From NCBI GenBank assembly GCA_964016885.1, contig OZ024741.1, forward strand, positions 255,688,001 through 255,752,000: a stretch of DNA of 64,000 nucleotides. The letters run 5' to 3'. Origin of the DNA: Eledone cirrhosa. Taxonomy: Eukaryota. Under the pieces are notes generated by a model, which worked only from the letters and a program-made list of their open reading frames with translations, made no database searches and was not told the origin of the DNA. This document shows positions 24,110 through 37,400 of this stretch, piece after piece. How positions within the stretch are numbered: position 1 is the first letter of the stretch; every line of letters begins with the position of its first letter. A program made the translations under genes and the position numbers.

Positions 24110-25980
24110 GTTTCGCTTTACGAGTGTTTCGACTTACGAGTGTTTCGACATACGAGTGTTTCGGCTTACGAGTGTTTTGATTTACGAGTGTTTTGACTTA
24201 CGGGTGCTTCGACTTACGCGTGTTTCGACTTACGAGTGTTTCGACTTACGAGTGTTTCGACTTACGAGTGTTTCGGCTTACGAGTGTTTTGACTTACGAA
24301 TGTTTTGACTTACGATTGTTTCGGCTTACGAGTGTTTCGACTTACGAGTGTTCTGACTACGAGTGTTCTGACTTACGGGTGTTCTGACTTACGAGTGTTC
24401 CGACTTACGAGTGTTTCGGCTTATGAGTGTTTCGACTTACGAGTGCTTCGACTTACGAGTGTTTCGGCTTACGGGTGTTTCGACTTACGAATGTTTTTGC
24501 TTACGAGTGTTTCGGCTTACGAGTGTTTCGGTTTATGAGTGTTTCGACTTACGAGTGTTTTGACTTACGGGTGTTTTGACATACGAGTGTTTCGATACGA
24601 TTGTTCTGACTTACGAGTGTTTCCGCTTACGAGTGTTTCGGCTTACGAGTGTTTCGACTTACTAATGTTTTTACTTACGAGTGTTTCGGTGTACGAGTGT
24701 TTCGACTTAAGGATGTTTCGACTTACGAGTGTTTCGACTTACGAGTGTTTCGACTTACGAGTGTTTCGACTTACGAGTGTTTTGGCTTACGAATGTTTTG
24801 ACTTACTGGTGTTTCGACTTACGAGTGTTTCGGCTTATGAGTGTTTCGACTTACGGGCGTTTCGACTTACGGGTGTTTCGACTTACGAGTGTTTTGGCTT
24901 ACGAATGTTTTGACTTACGGGTGTTTCGACTTACGAGTGTTTCGACTTATGAGTGTTTGGACTTACGAGTGTTTCGGCTTATGAGTGTTTCGACTTACGA
25001 GTGCTTCGGCTTACGAGTGTTTCGACTGACGAGTATTTCGGCTTACGAGTGTTTCGACGTACGAATGTTTTGGCTTACGAGTGTTTCGGCTTATGAGTGT
25101 TTCGGCTTACGAGTGTTTCGACTTACGAGGGTTTCGGCTTACGAGTGTTTCAGTGTTTCGGCTTACGTGTGTTTCGACTTACGAGTGTTTCGACTTACGA
25201 CTGTTTCGGCTTACGAGTGTTTCGGCTTACGAGTGTTTCGGCTTACGAGTGTTTTGAATTACGATTGTTTGGCTTACGAGTGTTCTGACTTACGGGTTTT
25301 CTGACTTACGAGGGTTCCGACTTACGAGCGTTTCGGCTTATGAGTGTTTCGACTTACGAGTGTTTCGGCTTACGAGTGTTTCGACTTACGAGTGTTTCGG
25401 CTTACGAGTGTTTCGACTTACGAGTGTTTTGACTTACGGTGTTTCGGCTTACGAGTGTTTCGACATACGAGTGTTTTGACGTACGGGTGTTTCGACTTAC
25501 GGGTCTTTCGACTTAAGAGTGTTTCGACTTACGAGCGCTTCGACTTACGAGTGTTTCGACTTACGAGTGTTTCGGCGTATGAGTGTTTTGACTTACGAGT
25601 GTTTCGACTTACGAGTGTTTCGACTTACGAGTGTTTCGAATTACGAGTGTTTCGACTTACGAGTGTTTTGACTTACGAGTGTTTTGACTTACGGTGTTTC
25701 TGCTTACGAGTGTTTCGACTTACGAGTGTTATGACTTACGGGTGTTTTGACATACGAGTGTTTCGACTTACGAGTGTTTTGACTTACGGGTGTTTTGACA
25801 TACGAGTGTTTCGATAGGAGTGTTCTGACTTACGAGTGTTCTGACTTACGAGTGTTCTGACTTACGAGTGTTCTGACTTACGAGTGTTCTGACTTACGAG
25901 TGTTCTGACTTACGAGTGTTCCGACTTTACGAGTGTTTCGGCTCACGAGTGTTTCGGCTTACGAGTGTTTCGACTTACGA

Positions 25981-26049
25981 AAATAACAAATAGACGCGGT
26001 TTCAAATCTCTATGCTTTTCAAATTCATTACATTAATCTTTATTTATAC
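25981..26049. repeat. 69-bp AT-rich element, copy 12
   Basis: Same sequence; internal ATG at 26012. Confidence 0.95.
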
Positions 26050-27322
26050 GTTTCGCTTTACGAGTGTTTCGTCTTACGAGTGTTTCGACATACGAGTGTT
26101 TCGGCTTACGAGTGTTTTGATTTACGAGTGTTTTGACTTACGGGTGCTTCGACTTACGCGTGTTTCGACTTACGAGTGTTTCGACTTACGAGTGTTTCGG
26201 CTTATGAGTGTTTTGACTTACGAATGTTTTGACTTACGATTGTTTCGGCTTACGAGTGTTTCGACTTACGAGTGTTCTGACTACGAGTGTTCTGATTTAC
26301 GGGTGTTCTGACTTACGAGTGTTCTGACTTACGAGTGTTTCGGCTTATGAGTGTTTCGACTTACGAGTGCTTCGACTTACGAGTGTTTCGGCTTACGGGT
26401 GTTTCGACTTACGAATGTTTTTGCTTACGAGTGTTTCGGCTTACGAGTGTTTCGGCTTATGAGTGTTTCGACTTACGAGTGTTTTGACTTACGGGTGTTT
26501 TGACATACGAGTGTTTCGATACGATTGTTCTGACTTACGAGTGTTTCCGCTTACGAGTGTTTCGGCTTACGAGTGTTTCGACTTACTAATGTTTTTACTT
26601 ACGAGTGTTTCGGTGTACGAGTGTTTCGACTTACGAGTGTTTCGACTTACGAGTGTTTCGACTTACGAGTGTTTCGACTTACGAGTGTTTTGGCTTACGA
26701 ATGTTTTGACTTACGGGTGTTTCGACTTACGAGTGTTTCGACTTACGAGTGTTTCGACTTACGAGTGTTTTGGCTTACGAATGTTTTGACTTACGGGTGT
26801 TTCGGCTTACGAGTGTTTCGACATACGAGTGTTTTGACGTACGGGTGTTTCGACTTACGGGTCTTTCGACTTAAGAGTGTTTCGACTTACGAGCGCTTCG
26901 ACTTACGAGTGTTTCGACTTACGAGTGTTTCGGCGTATGAGTGTTTTGACTTACGAGTGTTTCGACTTACGAGTGTTTCGACTTACGAGTGTTTCGAATT
27001 ACGAGTGTTTCGACTTACGAGTGTTTTGACTTACGAGTGTTTTGACTTACGGTGTTTCTGCTTACGAGTGTTTCGACTTACGAGTGTTATGACTTACGGG
27101 TGTTTTGACATACGAGTGTTTCGACTTACGAGTGTTTTGACTTACGGGTGTTTTGACATACGAGTGTTTCGATAGGAGTGTTCTGACTTACGAGTGTTCT
27201 GACTTACGAGTGTTCTGACTTACGAGTGTTCTGACTTACGAGTGTTCTGACTTACGAGTGTTCCGACTTTACGAGTGTTTCGGCTCACGAGTGTTTCGGC
27301 TTACGAGTGTTTCGACTTACGA

Positions 27323-27391
27323 AAATAACAAATAGACGCGGTTTCAAATCTCTATGCTTTTCAAATTCATTACATTAATCTTTATTTATAC
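27323..27391. repeat. 69-bp AT-rich element, copy 13
   Basis: Same sequence; internal ATG at 27354. Confidence 0.95.
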
Positions 27392-29166
27392 GTTTCGCTT
27401 TACGAGTGTTTCGTCTTACGAGTGTTTCGACATACGAGTGTTTCGGCTTACGAGTGTTTTGATTTACGAGTGTTTTGACTTACGGGTGCTTCGACTTACG
27501 CGTGTTTCGACTTACGAGTGTTTCGACTTACGAGTGTTTCGGCTTATGAGTGTTTTGACTTACGAATGTTTTGACTTACGATTGTTTCGGCTTTCGAGTG
27601 TTTCGACTTACGAGTGTTCTGACTACGAGTGTTCTGATTTACGGGTGTTCTGACTTACGAGTGTTCTGACTTACGAGTGTTTCGGCTTATGAGTGTTTCG
27701 ACTTACGAGTGCTTCGACTTACGAGTGTTTCGGCTTACGGGTGTTTCGACTTACGAATGTTTTTGCTTACGAGTGTTTCGGCTTACGAGTGTTTCGGCTT
27801 ATGAGTGTTTGGACTTACGAGTGTTTTGACTTACGGGTGTTTTGACATACGAGTGTTTCGATACGATTGTTCTGACTTACGAGTGTTTCCGCTTACGAGT
27901 GTTTCGGCTTACGAGTGTTTCGACTTACTAATGTTTTTACTTACGAGTGTTTCGGTGTACGAGTGTTTCGACTTACGAGTGTTTCGACTTACGAGTGTTT
28001 CGACTTACGAGTGTTTCGACTTATGAGTGTTTCGACTTACGGGCGTTTCGACTTACGGGTGTTTCGACTTACGAGTGTTTTGGCTTACGAATGTTTTGAC
28101 TTACGGGTGTTTCGACTTACGAGTGTTTCGACTTATGAGTGTTTCGACTTACGAGTGTTTCGGCTTATGAGTGTTTCGACTTACGAGTGCTTCGGCTTAC
28201 GAGTGTTTCGACTTACGAGTATTTCGGCTTACGAGTGTTTCGACGTACGAATGTTTTGGCTTACGAGTGTTTCGGCTTATGAGTGTTTCGGCTTACGAGT
28301 GTTTCGACTTACGAGTGTTTCGGCTTACGAGTGTTTCAGTGTTTCGGCTTACGTGTGTTTCGACTTACGAGTGTTTCGACTTACGACTGTTTCGGCTTAC
28401 GAGTGTTTCGGCTTACGAGTGTTTCGGCTTACGAGTGTTTTGACTTACGATTGTTTGGCTTACGAGTGTTCTGACTTACGGGTTTTCTGACTTACGAGGG
28501 TTCCGACTTACGAGCGTTTCGGCTTATGAGTGTTTCGACTTACGAGTGTTTCGGCTTACGAGTGTTTCGACTTACGAGTGTTTCGGCTTACGAGTGTTTC
28601 GACTTACGAGTGTTTTGACTTACGGTGTTTCGGCTTACGAGTGTTTCGACATACGAGTGTTTTGACGTACGGGTGTTTCGACTTACGGGTCTTTCGACTT
28701 AAGAGTGTTTCGACTTACGAGCGCTTCGACTTACGAGTGTTTCGACTTACGAGTGTTTCGGCGTATGAGTGTTTTGACTTACGAGTGTTTCGACTTACGA
28801 GTGTTTCGACTTACGAGTGTTTCGAATTACGAGTGTTTCGACTTACGAGTGTTTTGACTTACGAGTGTTTTGACTTACGGTGTTTCTGCTTACGAGTGTT
28901 TCGACTTACGAGTGTTATGACTTACGGGTGTTTTGACATACGAGTGTTTCGACTTACGAGTGTTTTGACTTACGGGTGTTTTGACATACGAGTGTTTCGA
29001 TAGGAGTGTTCTGACTTACGAGTGTTCTGACTTACGAGTGTTCTGACTTACGAGTGTTCTGACTTACGAGTGTTCTGACTTACGAGTGTTCTGACTTACG
29101 AGTGTTCCGACTTTACGAGTGTTTCGGCTCACGAGTGTTTCGGCTTACGAGTGTTTCGACTTACGA

Positions 29167-29235
29167 AAATAACAAATAGACGCGGTTTCAAATCTCTATG
29201 CTTTTCAAATTCATTACATTAATCTTTATTTATAC
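29167..29235. repeat. 69-bp AT-rich element, copy 14
   Basis: Same sequence; internal ATG at 29198. Confidence 0.95.
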
Positions 29236-30508
29236 GTTTCGCTTTACGAGTGTTTCGTCTTACGAGTGTTTCGACATACGAGTGTTTCGGCTTACGAGTG
29301 TTTTGATTTACGAGTGTTTTGACTTACGGGTGCTTCGACTTACGCGTGTTTCGACTTACGAGTGTTTCGACTTACGAGTGTTTCGGCTTATGAGTGTTTT
29401 GACTTACGAATGTTTTGACTTACGATTGTTTCGGCTTACGAGTGTTTCGACTTACGAGTGTTCTGACTACGAGTGTTCTGATTTACGGGTGTTCTGACTT
29501 ACGAGTGTTCTGACTTACGAGTGTTTCGGCTTATGAGTGTTTCGACTTACGAGTGCTTCGACTTACGAGTGTTTCGGCTTACGGGTGTTTCGACTTACGA
29601 ATGTTTTTGCTTACGAGTGTTTCGGCTTACGAGTGTTTCGGCTTATGAGTGTTTCGACTTACGAGTGTTTTGACTTACGGGTGTTTTGACATACGAGTGT
29701 TTCGATACGATTGTTCTGACTTACGAGTGTTTCCGCTTACGAGTGTTTCGGCTTACGAGTGTTTCGACTTACTAATGTTTTTACTTACGAGTGTTTCGGT
29801 GTACGAGTGTTTCGACTTACGAGTGTTTCGACTTACGAGTGTTTCGACTTACGAGTGTTTCGACTTACGAGTGTTTTGGCTTACGAATGTTTTGACTTAC
29901 GGGTGTTTCGACTTACGAGTGTTTCGACTTACGAGTGTTTCGACTTACGAGTGTTTTGGCTTACGAATGTTTTGACTTACGGGTGTTTCGGCTTACGAGT
30001 GTTTCGACATACGAGTGTTTTGACGTACGGGTGTTTCGACTTACGGGTCTTTCGACTTAAGAGTGTTTCGACTTACGAGCGCTTCGACTTACGAGTGTTT
30101 CGACTTACGAGTGTTTCGGCGTATGAGTGTTTTGACTTACGAGTGTTTCGACTTACGAGTGTTTCGACTTACGAGTGTTTCGAATTACGAGTGTTTCGAC
30201 TTACGAGTGTTTTGACTTACGAGTGTTTTGACTTACGGTGTTTCTGCTTACGAGTGTTTCGACTTACGAGTGTTATGACTTACGGGTGTTTTGACATACG
30301 AGTGTTTCGACTTACGAGTGTTTTGACTTACGGGTGTTTTGACATACGAGTGTTTCGATAGGAGTGTTCTGACTTACGAGTGTTCTGACTTACGAGTGTT
30401 CTGACTTACGAGTGTTCTGACTTACGAGTGTTCTGACTTACGAGTGTTCCGACTTTACGAGTGTTTCGGCTCACGAGTGTTTCGGCTTACGAGTGTTTCG
30501 ACTTACGA

Positions 30509-30577
30509 AAATAACAAATAGACGCGGTTTCAAATCTCTATGCTTTTCAAATTCATTACATTAATCTTTATTTATAC
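30509..30577. repeat. 69-bp AT-rich element, copy 15
   Basis: Same sequence; internal ATG at 30540. Confidence 0.95.
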
Positions 30578-33500
30578 GTTTCGCTTTACGAGTGTTTCGT
30601 CTTACGAGTGTTTCGACATACGAGTGTTTCGGCTTACGAGTGTTTTGATTTACGAGTGTTTTGACTTACGGGTGCTTCGACTTACGCGTGTTTCGACTTA
30701 CGAGTGTTTCGACTTACGAGTGTTTCGGCTTATGAGTGTTTTGACTTACGAATGTTTTGACTTACGATTGTTTCGGCTTACGAGTGTTTCGACTTACGAG
30801 TGTTCTGACTACGAGTGTTCTGATTTACGGGTGTTCTGACTTACGAGTGTTCTGACTTACGAGTGTTTCGGCTTATGAGTGTTTCGACTTACGAGTGCTT
30901 CGACTTACGAGTGTTTCGGCTTACGGGTGTTTCGACTTACGAATGTTTTTGCTTACGAGTGTTTCGGCTTACGAGTGTTTCGGCTTATGAGTGTTTGGAC
31001 TTACGAGTGTTTTGACTTACGGGTGTTTTGACATACGAGTGTTTCGATACGATTGTTCTGACTTACGAGTGTTTCCGCTTACGAGTGTTTCGGCTTACGA
31101 GTGTTTCGACTTACTAATGTTTTTACTTACGAGTGTTTCGGTGTACGAGTGTTTCGACTTACGAGTGTTTCGACTTACGAGTGTTTCGACTTACGAGTGT
31201 TTCGACTTATGAGTGTTTCGACTTACGGGCGTTTCGACTTACGGGTGTTTCGACTTACGAGTGTTTTGGCTTACGAATGTTTTGACTTACGGGTGTTTCG
31301 ACTTACGAGTGTTTCGACTTATGAGTGTTTCGACTTACGAGTGTTTCGGCTTATGAGTGTTTCGACTTACGAGTGCTTCGGCTTACGAGTGTTTCGACTT
31401 ACGAGTATTTCGGCTTACGAGTGTTTCGACGTACGAATGTTTTGGCTTACGAGTGTTTCGGCTTATGAGTGTTTCGGCTTACGAGTGTTTCGACTTACGA
31501 GTGTTTCGGCTTACGAGTGTTTCAGTGTTTCGGCTTACGTGTGTTTCGACTTACGAGTGTTTCGACTTACGACTGTTTCGGCTTACGAGTGTTTCGGCTT
31601 ACGAGTGTTTCGGCTTACGAGTGTTTTGACTTACGATTGTTTGGCTTACGAGTGTTCTGACTTACGGGTGTTCTGACTTACGAGTGTTCCGACTTACGAG
31701 TGTTTCGGCTTATGAGGGTTTCGACTTACGAGTGCTTCGGCTTACGAGTGTTTTGACTTACGGTGTTTCGGCTTACGAGTGTTTCGACATACGAGTGTTT
31801 TGACGTACGGGTGTTTCGACTTACGGGTCTTTCGACTTAAGAGTGTTTCGACTTACGAGCGCTTCGACTTACGAGTGTTTCGACTTACGAGTGTTTCGGC
31901 GTATGAGTGTTTTGACTTACGAGTGTTTCGACTTACGAGTGTTTCGACTTACGAGTGTTTCGAATTACGAGTGTTTCGACTTACGAGTGTTTTGACTTAC
32001 GAGTGTTTTGACTTACGGTGTTTCTGCTTACGAGTGTTTCGACTTTCGAGTGTTATGACTTACGGGTGTTTTGACATACGAGTATTTCGACTTACGAGTC
32101 TTACGGCTTACGAGTGTTTCGACTTACTAATGTTTTTACTTACGAGTGTTTCGGCGTACGAGTGTTTCGACTTCCGAGTGTTTCGACTTACAGGTGTTTT
32201 GACTTACGGGTGTTTCGGCTTACGAGTGTTTTGACTTACGAGTGTTTTGACTTAAGGGTGTTTCGACTTACGAGTATTTTTGGCTTACGAGTGTTTCGAC
32301 TTACGAGTGTTTTGACTTACGAGTGTTCTGATTTACGGATGTTTCGACATACGAGTGTTCTGACTTACGAGTGTTCCGACTTACGAGTGTTCCGACTTAC
32401 GAGTGTTTCGGCTTACGAGTGTTTCCGGCTTACGAGTGTTTCGACTTACGAGTGTTTTGACTTACGGTGTTTCGGCTTACGAGTGATTCGACTTACGAGT
32501 GTTTTGACTTACGGGTGTTTTGACTTACGGGTGTTGTGAATTACGAGTGTTCCGATTTACGAGTGTTTTGACTTACGGTGTTTCGGCTTACGAGTGATTC
32601 GACTTACGAATGTTTTGACTTACGGTGTTTCGGCTTGCGAGTGTTTCGACTTACGAGTGTTTCGGCTTATGAGTGTTTCGACTTACTAATGTTTTTACTT
32701 ACGAGTGTTCTGACTTACGAGTGTTCCGACTTACGAGTGTTCCGACTTACGAGTGTTTCGGCTTACGAGTGTTTCCGGCTTACGAGTGTTTCGACTTACG
32801 AGTGTTTCGACTTACGAGTGTTTTGACTTACGGTGTTTCGACTTACGAGTGTTTTGACTTACGAGTGTTTCGGCGTACGAGTGTTTTGACTTACGAGTGT
32901 TTCGAATTACGAGTGTTTTGACTTACGAATGTTTTGACATACGGGTGTTTCGGCTTACGAGTGTTTCGACTTACGAGTGTTTCGGCTTGCGAGTGTTTCG
33001 ACTTACTAATGTTTTTACTTACGAGTTTTTCGGCGTACGAGTGTTTCGACTTACGAGTGTTTCGACTTACGGGTGTTTTGACTTAAGGGTGTTTCGACTT
33101 ACAAGTGTTTCGACTTACGAGTGTTTCGACTTACGAGTGTTCTGACTTACGAGTGTTCTGATTTACGGATGTTTCGACATACGAGTGTTTCGACTTACGA
33201 GTGTTTCGACTTACGAGTGTTTTGACTTACGGGTGTTTTGACATACGAGTGTTTCGATACGAGTGTTTCGACTTACGAGTGTTCTGACTTACGAGTGTTC
33301 TGACTTACGAGTGTTCTGACTTACGAGTGTTCTGATTTACGAGTGTTCCGACTTACGAGTGTTTCGGCTTACGAGTGTTTCGGCTTACGAGTGTTTCGAC
33401 TTACGAGTGTTTCGACTTACGAGTGTTCCGACTTACGGGTGTTTCGACTTACGAGTGGTTTGGCTTACGGTGTTTCGGCTTACGAGTGTTTCGATTTACG

Positions 33501-33660
33501 AGTGTTTTGACTTACGCGTGTTTTGACATACGAGTGTTTCGATACGAGTGTTCTGACTTACGAGTGTTCTGACTTACGAGTGTTCTGACTTACGAGTGTT
33601 CCGACTTTACGAGTGTTTCGGCTCACGAGTGTTTCGGCTTACGAGTGTTTCGACTTACGA

Positions 33661-33729
33661 AAATAACAAATAGACGCGGTTTCAAATCTCTATGAATTTA
33701 AAATTCATTACATTAATCTTTATTTATAC
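33661..33729. repeat. 69-bp AT-rich element, copy 16 (palindromic variant ATGAATTTAAAATTCAT)
   Basis: Three substitutions relative to the common form ATGCTTTTCAAATTCAT, within 33692-33708. Confidence 0.95.
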
Positions 33730-34449
33730 GTTTCGCTTTACGAGTGTTTCGACTTACGAGTGTTTCGACATACGAGTGTTTCGACTTCCGAATGTTTTTG
33801 CTTACGGGTGTTTCGACTTACGAATGTTTCGGCTTACGAGTGTTTCGGCTTACGTCTGTTCCGACTTAGGAGTGTTTCGGCTTACGGGTATTTCCGGCTT
33901 ACGAGTGTTTCGACTTACGAGTGTTTCGACTTTAGAGTGTTTTGACTTACGGTGTTTCGGCTTACGAGTGATTCGACTTACGAGTGTTTTGACTTACGGG
34001 TGTTTTGACTTACGGGTGTTGTGAATTACCAGTGTTCCGATTTACGAGTGTTTTGACTTACGGTGTTACGGTTTGCGAGTGTTTCGACTTACGAGTGTTT
34101 CGGCTTATGAGTGTTTCGACTTACTAATGTTTTTACTTACGAGTGTTTCGGCGTACGAGTGTTTTGACTTACGAGTGTTTCGACTTACGAGTGTTTTGAC
34201 TTACGAATGTTTTGACTTACGGGTGTTTCGGCTTACGAGTGTTTCGACTTACGAGTGTTTCGGCTTGCGAGTGTTTCGACTTACTAATGTTTTTACTTAC
34301 GAGTGTTTCGGCGTACGAGTGTTTCGACTTACGAGTGTTTCGACTTACGGGTGTTTTGACTTACGGGTGTTTCGGCTTACGAGTGTTTCGACTTACGAGT
34401 GTTTTGACTTAAGGGTGTTTCGACATACGAGTGTTTCGACTTACGAGTG

Positions 34450-37400
34450 TTTCGACTTACGAGTGTTTCGGATTACGAGTGTTTTGACTTCAGGGTGTTT
34501 CGATACGAGTGTTTCGACTTACGAGTGTTCTGACTTTCGAGTATTCTGATTTACGGATGTTTCGACACACGAGTGTTTCGAATTACGAGTGTTTCGACTT
34601 ACGAGTGCTTTGACTTACGGGTGTTTTGACATACGAGTGTTTCGACACGAGTGTTTCGACTTATGAGTGTTTCGACTTACGAGTGTTCTGACTTACGAGT
34701 GTTCTGACTTACGAGTGTTCTGATTTACGGATGTTTCGACACACGAGTGTTTCGATACGAGTGTTTCGACTTACGAGTGTTTCGACTTATGAGTGTTTCG
34801 ACTTACGAGTGTTCTGACTTACGAGTGTTCTGACTTACGAGTGTTCCGACTTACGAGTGTTTCGGTTTACGAGTGTTTCGACATACGAGTGTTTTGACTT
34901 ACGGGTGTTTCGACTTACGGGTGTTTCGACTTACGAGTGTTTTGGCTTACGAGTGTTTCGACTTACTAATGTTTTTACTTACCAGTGTTTCGGTGTACGA
35001 ATGTTTTGACTTAAGGATGTTTCGACTTACGAGTGTTTCGACTTACGAGTGTTTCGGCTTACGTGAGTTTCGACTTAAGAGTGTTCTGATTTACGAGTGT
35101 TCTGACTTACGAGTGTTTCGGCTTATGAGTGTTTCGACTTACGAGTGTTTCGGCTTACGAGTGTTTCGACTTATGGGTGTTTCGACTTACGAGTGTTTTT
35201 ACTTACGGTGTTTCGGCTTACGAGTGTTTCGACATACGAGTGTTTTGACTTACGGGTGTTTCGGCTTACGAGTGTTTCGACTTACGAGTGTTTCGGCTTA
35301 CGAGTGTTTCGACTTACTAATGTTTTTACTTACGAGTGTTTCGGCGTACGAGAGTTTTGACTTACGAGTGTTTCGACTTACGAGTGTTTTGACTTACGAA
35401 TGTTTTGACTTACGGGTGTTTCGGCTTATGAGTGTTTCGACTTACGAGTGTTTCGGCTTACGAGTGTTTCGACTTACTAATGTTTTTACTTACGAGTGTT
35501 TCGGCGTACGAGTGTTTCGACTTACGAGTGTTTCGACTTACGGGTGTTTTGACTTACGGGTGTTTCGACTTACGAGTATTTTTGGCTTACGAGTGTTTCG
35601 ACTTACGAGTGTTTTGACTTACGAGTGTTCTGATTTACGGATGTTTCGACATACGAGTGTTTCGACATACGAGTGTTTCGACTTATGAGTGTTTCGACTT
35701 ACGAGTGTTTCGGCTTACGAGTGTTTCGACTTACGAGTGTTTTGACTTACGGTGTTTCGGCTTACGAGTGTTTCGACTTACGAGTGTTTTGACTTACGGG
35801 TGTTTTGACATACGAGTGTTTCGATACGAGTGTTCTGACTTACGAGTGTTCTGACTTACGAGTGTTTTGACTTACGAGTGTTCCGACTTACGAGTGTTTC
35901 GGCTTACGAGTGTTTCCGGCTTACGAGTGTTTCGACTTCCGAGTGTTTTGACTTACGGGTGATTTGACTTACGGGTGTTGTGAATTACGAGTGTTCCGAT
36001 TTACGAGTGTTTTGACTTACGGTGTTTCGGCTTACGAGTGATTCGACTTACGAATGTTTTGAGTTACGGGTGTTTCGGCTTGCGAGTGTTTCGACTTACG
36101 AGTGTTTCGGCTTATGGGTGTTTCGACTTACTAATGTTTTTACTTACGAGTGTTTCGGCGTACGAGTGTTTCGACTTACGAGTGTTTCGACTTACGAGTG
36201 TTTCGGCTTACGTGAGTTTCGACTTACTAATGTTTTTACTTACGAGTGTTTCGGCGTACGAGTGTTTCGACTTACGAGTGTTTCGACTTACGGGTGTTTT
36301 GACTTACGGGTGTTTCGGCTTACGAGTGTTTCGACTTACGAGTGTTTTGACTTACGGGTGTTTCGACTTACGAGTATTTTTGGCTTACGAGTGTTTCGAC
36401 TTACGAGTGTTTTGACTTACGAGTGTTCTGATTTACGGATGTTTCGACATACGAGTGTTTCGACATACGAGTGTTTCGACTTATGAGTGTTTCGACTTAC
36501 GAGTGTTTCGGCTTACGAGTGTTTCGACTTACGAGTGTTTTGACTTACGGTGTTTCGGCTTACGAGTGTTTCGACTTACGAGTGTTTTGACTTACGGGTG
36601 TTTTGACATACGAGTGTTTCGATACGAGTGTTCTGACTTACGAGTGTTCTGACTTACGAGTGTTTTGACTTACGAGTGTTCTGACTTACGAGTGTTCCGA
36701 CTTACGAGTGTTCCGACTTACGAGTGTTTCGGCTTACGAGTGTTTCCGGCTTACGAGTGTTTCGACTTCCGAGTGTTTTGACTTACGGGTGATTTGACTT
36801 ACGGGTGTTGTGAATTACGAGTGTTCCGATTTACGAGTGTTTTGACTTACGGTGTTTCGGCTTACGAGTGATTCGACTTACGAATGTTTTGAGTTACGGG
36901 TGTTTCGGCTTGCGAGTGTTTCGACTTACGAGTGTTTCGGCTTATGGGTGTTTCGACTTACTAATGTTTTTACTTACGAGTGTTTCGGCGTACGAGTGTT
37001 TCGACTTACGAGTGTTTCGACTTACGAGTGTTTCGGCTTACGTGAGTTTCGACTTAAGAGTGTTCTGATTTACGAGTGTTCTGACTTGCGGGTGTTCTGA
37101 TTTACGAGTGTTCCGACTTACGAGTGCTTCGGCTTATTAGTGTTTCGACTTACGAGTGTTTCGGCTTACGAGTGTTTCGACTTATGGGTGTTTCGACTTA
37201 CGAGTGTTTTTACTTACGGTGTTTCGGCTTACGAGTGTTTCGACATACGAGTGTTTTGACTTACGGGTGTTTCGACTTACGAGTGTTTTGACTTACGAAT
37301 GTTTTGACTTACGGGTGTTTCGGCTTACGAGTGTTTCGACTTACGAGTGTTTCGGCTTACGAGTGTTTCGACTTACTAATGTTCTTACTTACGAGTGTTT

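Larger units (their letters stand above)
25259..31669. repeat. 3,186-bp tandem duplication (second occurrence, inside copy B)
   Basis: 26012->29198 and 27354->30540 are 3,186. Confidence 0.9.
19733..32597. repeat. 12,865-bp tandem duplication, copy B
   Basis: Matches 6868-19732 at offset 12,865. The junction lies within TTCGACTTACGA at 19733-19744. Confidence 0.92.
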
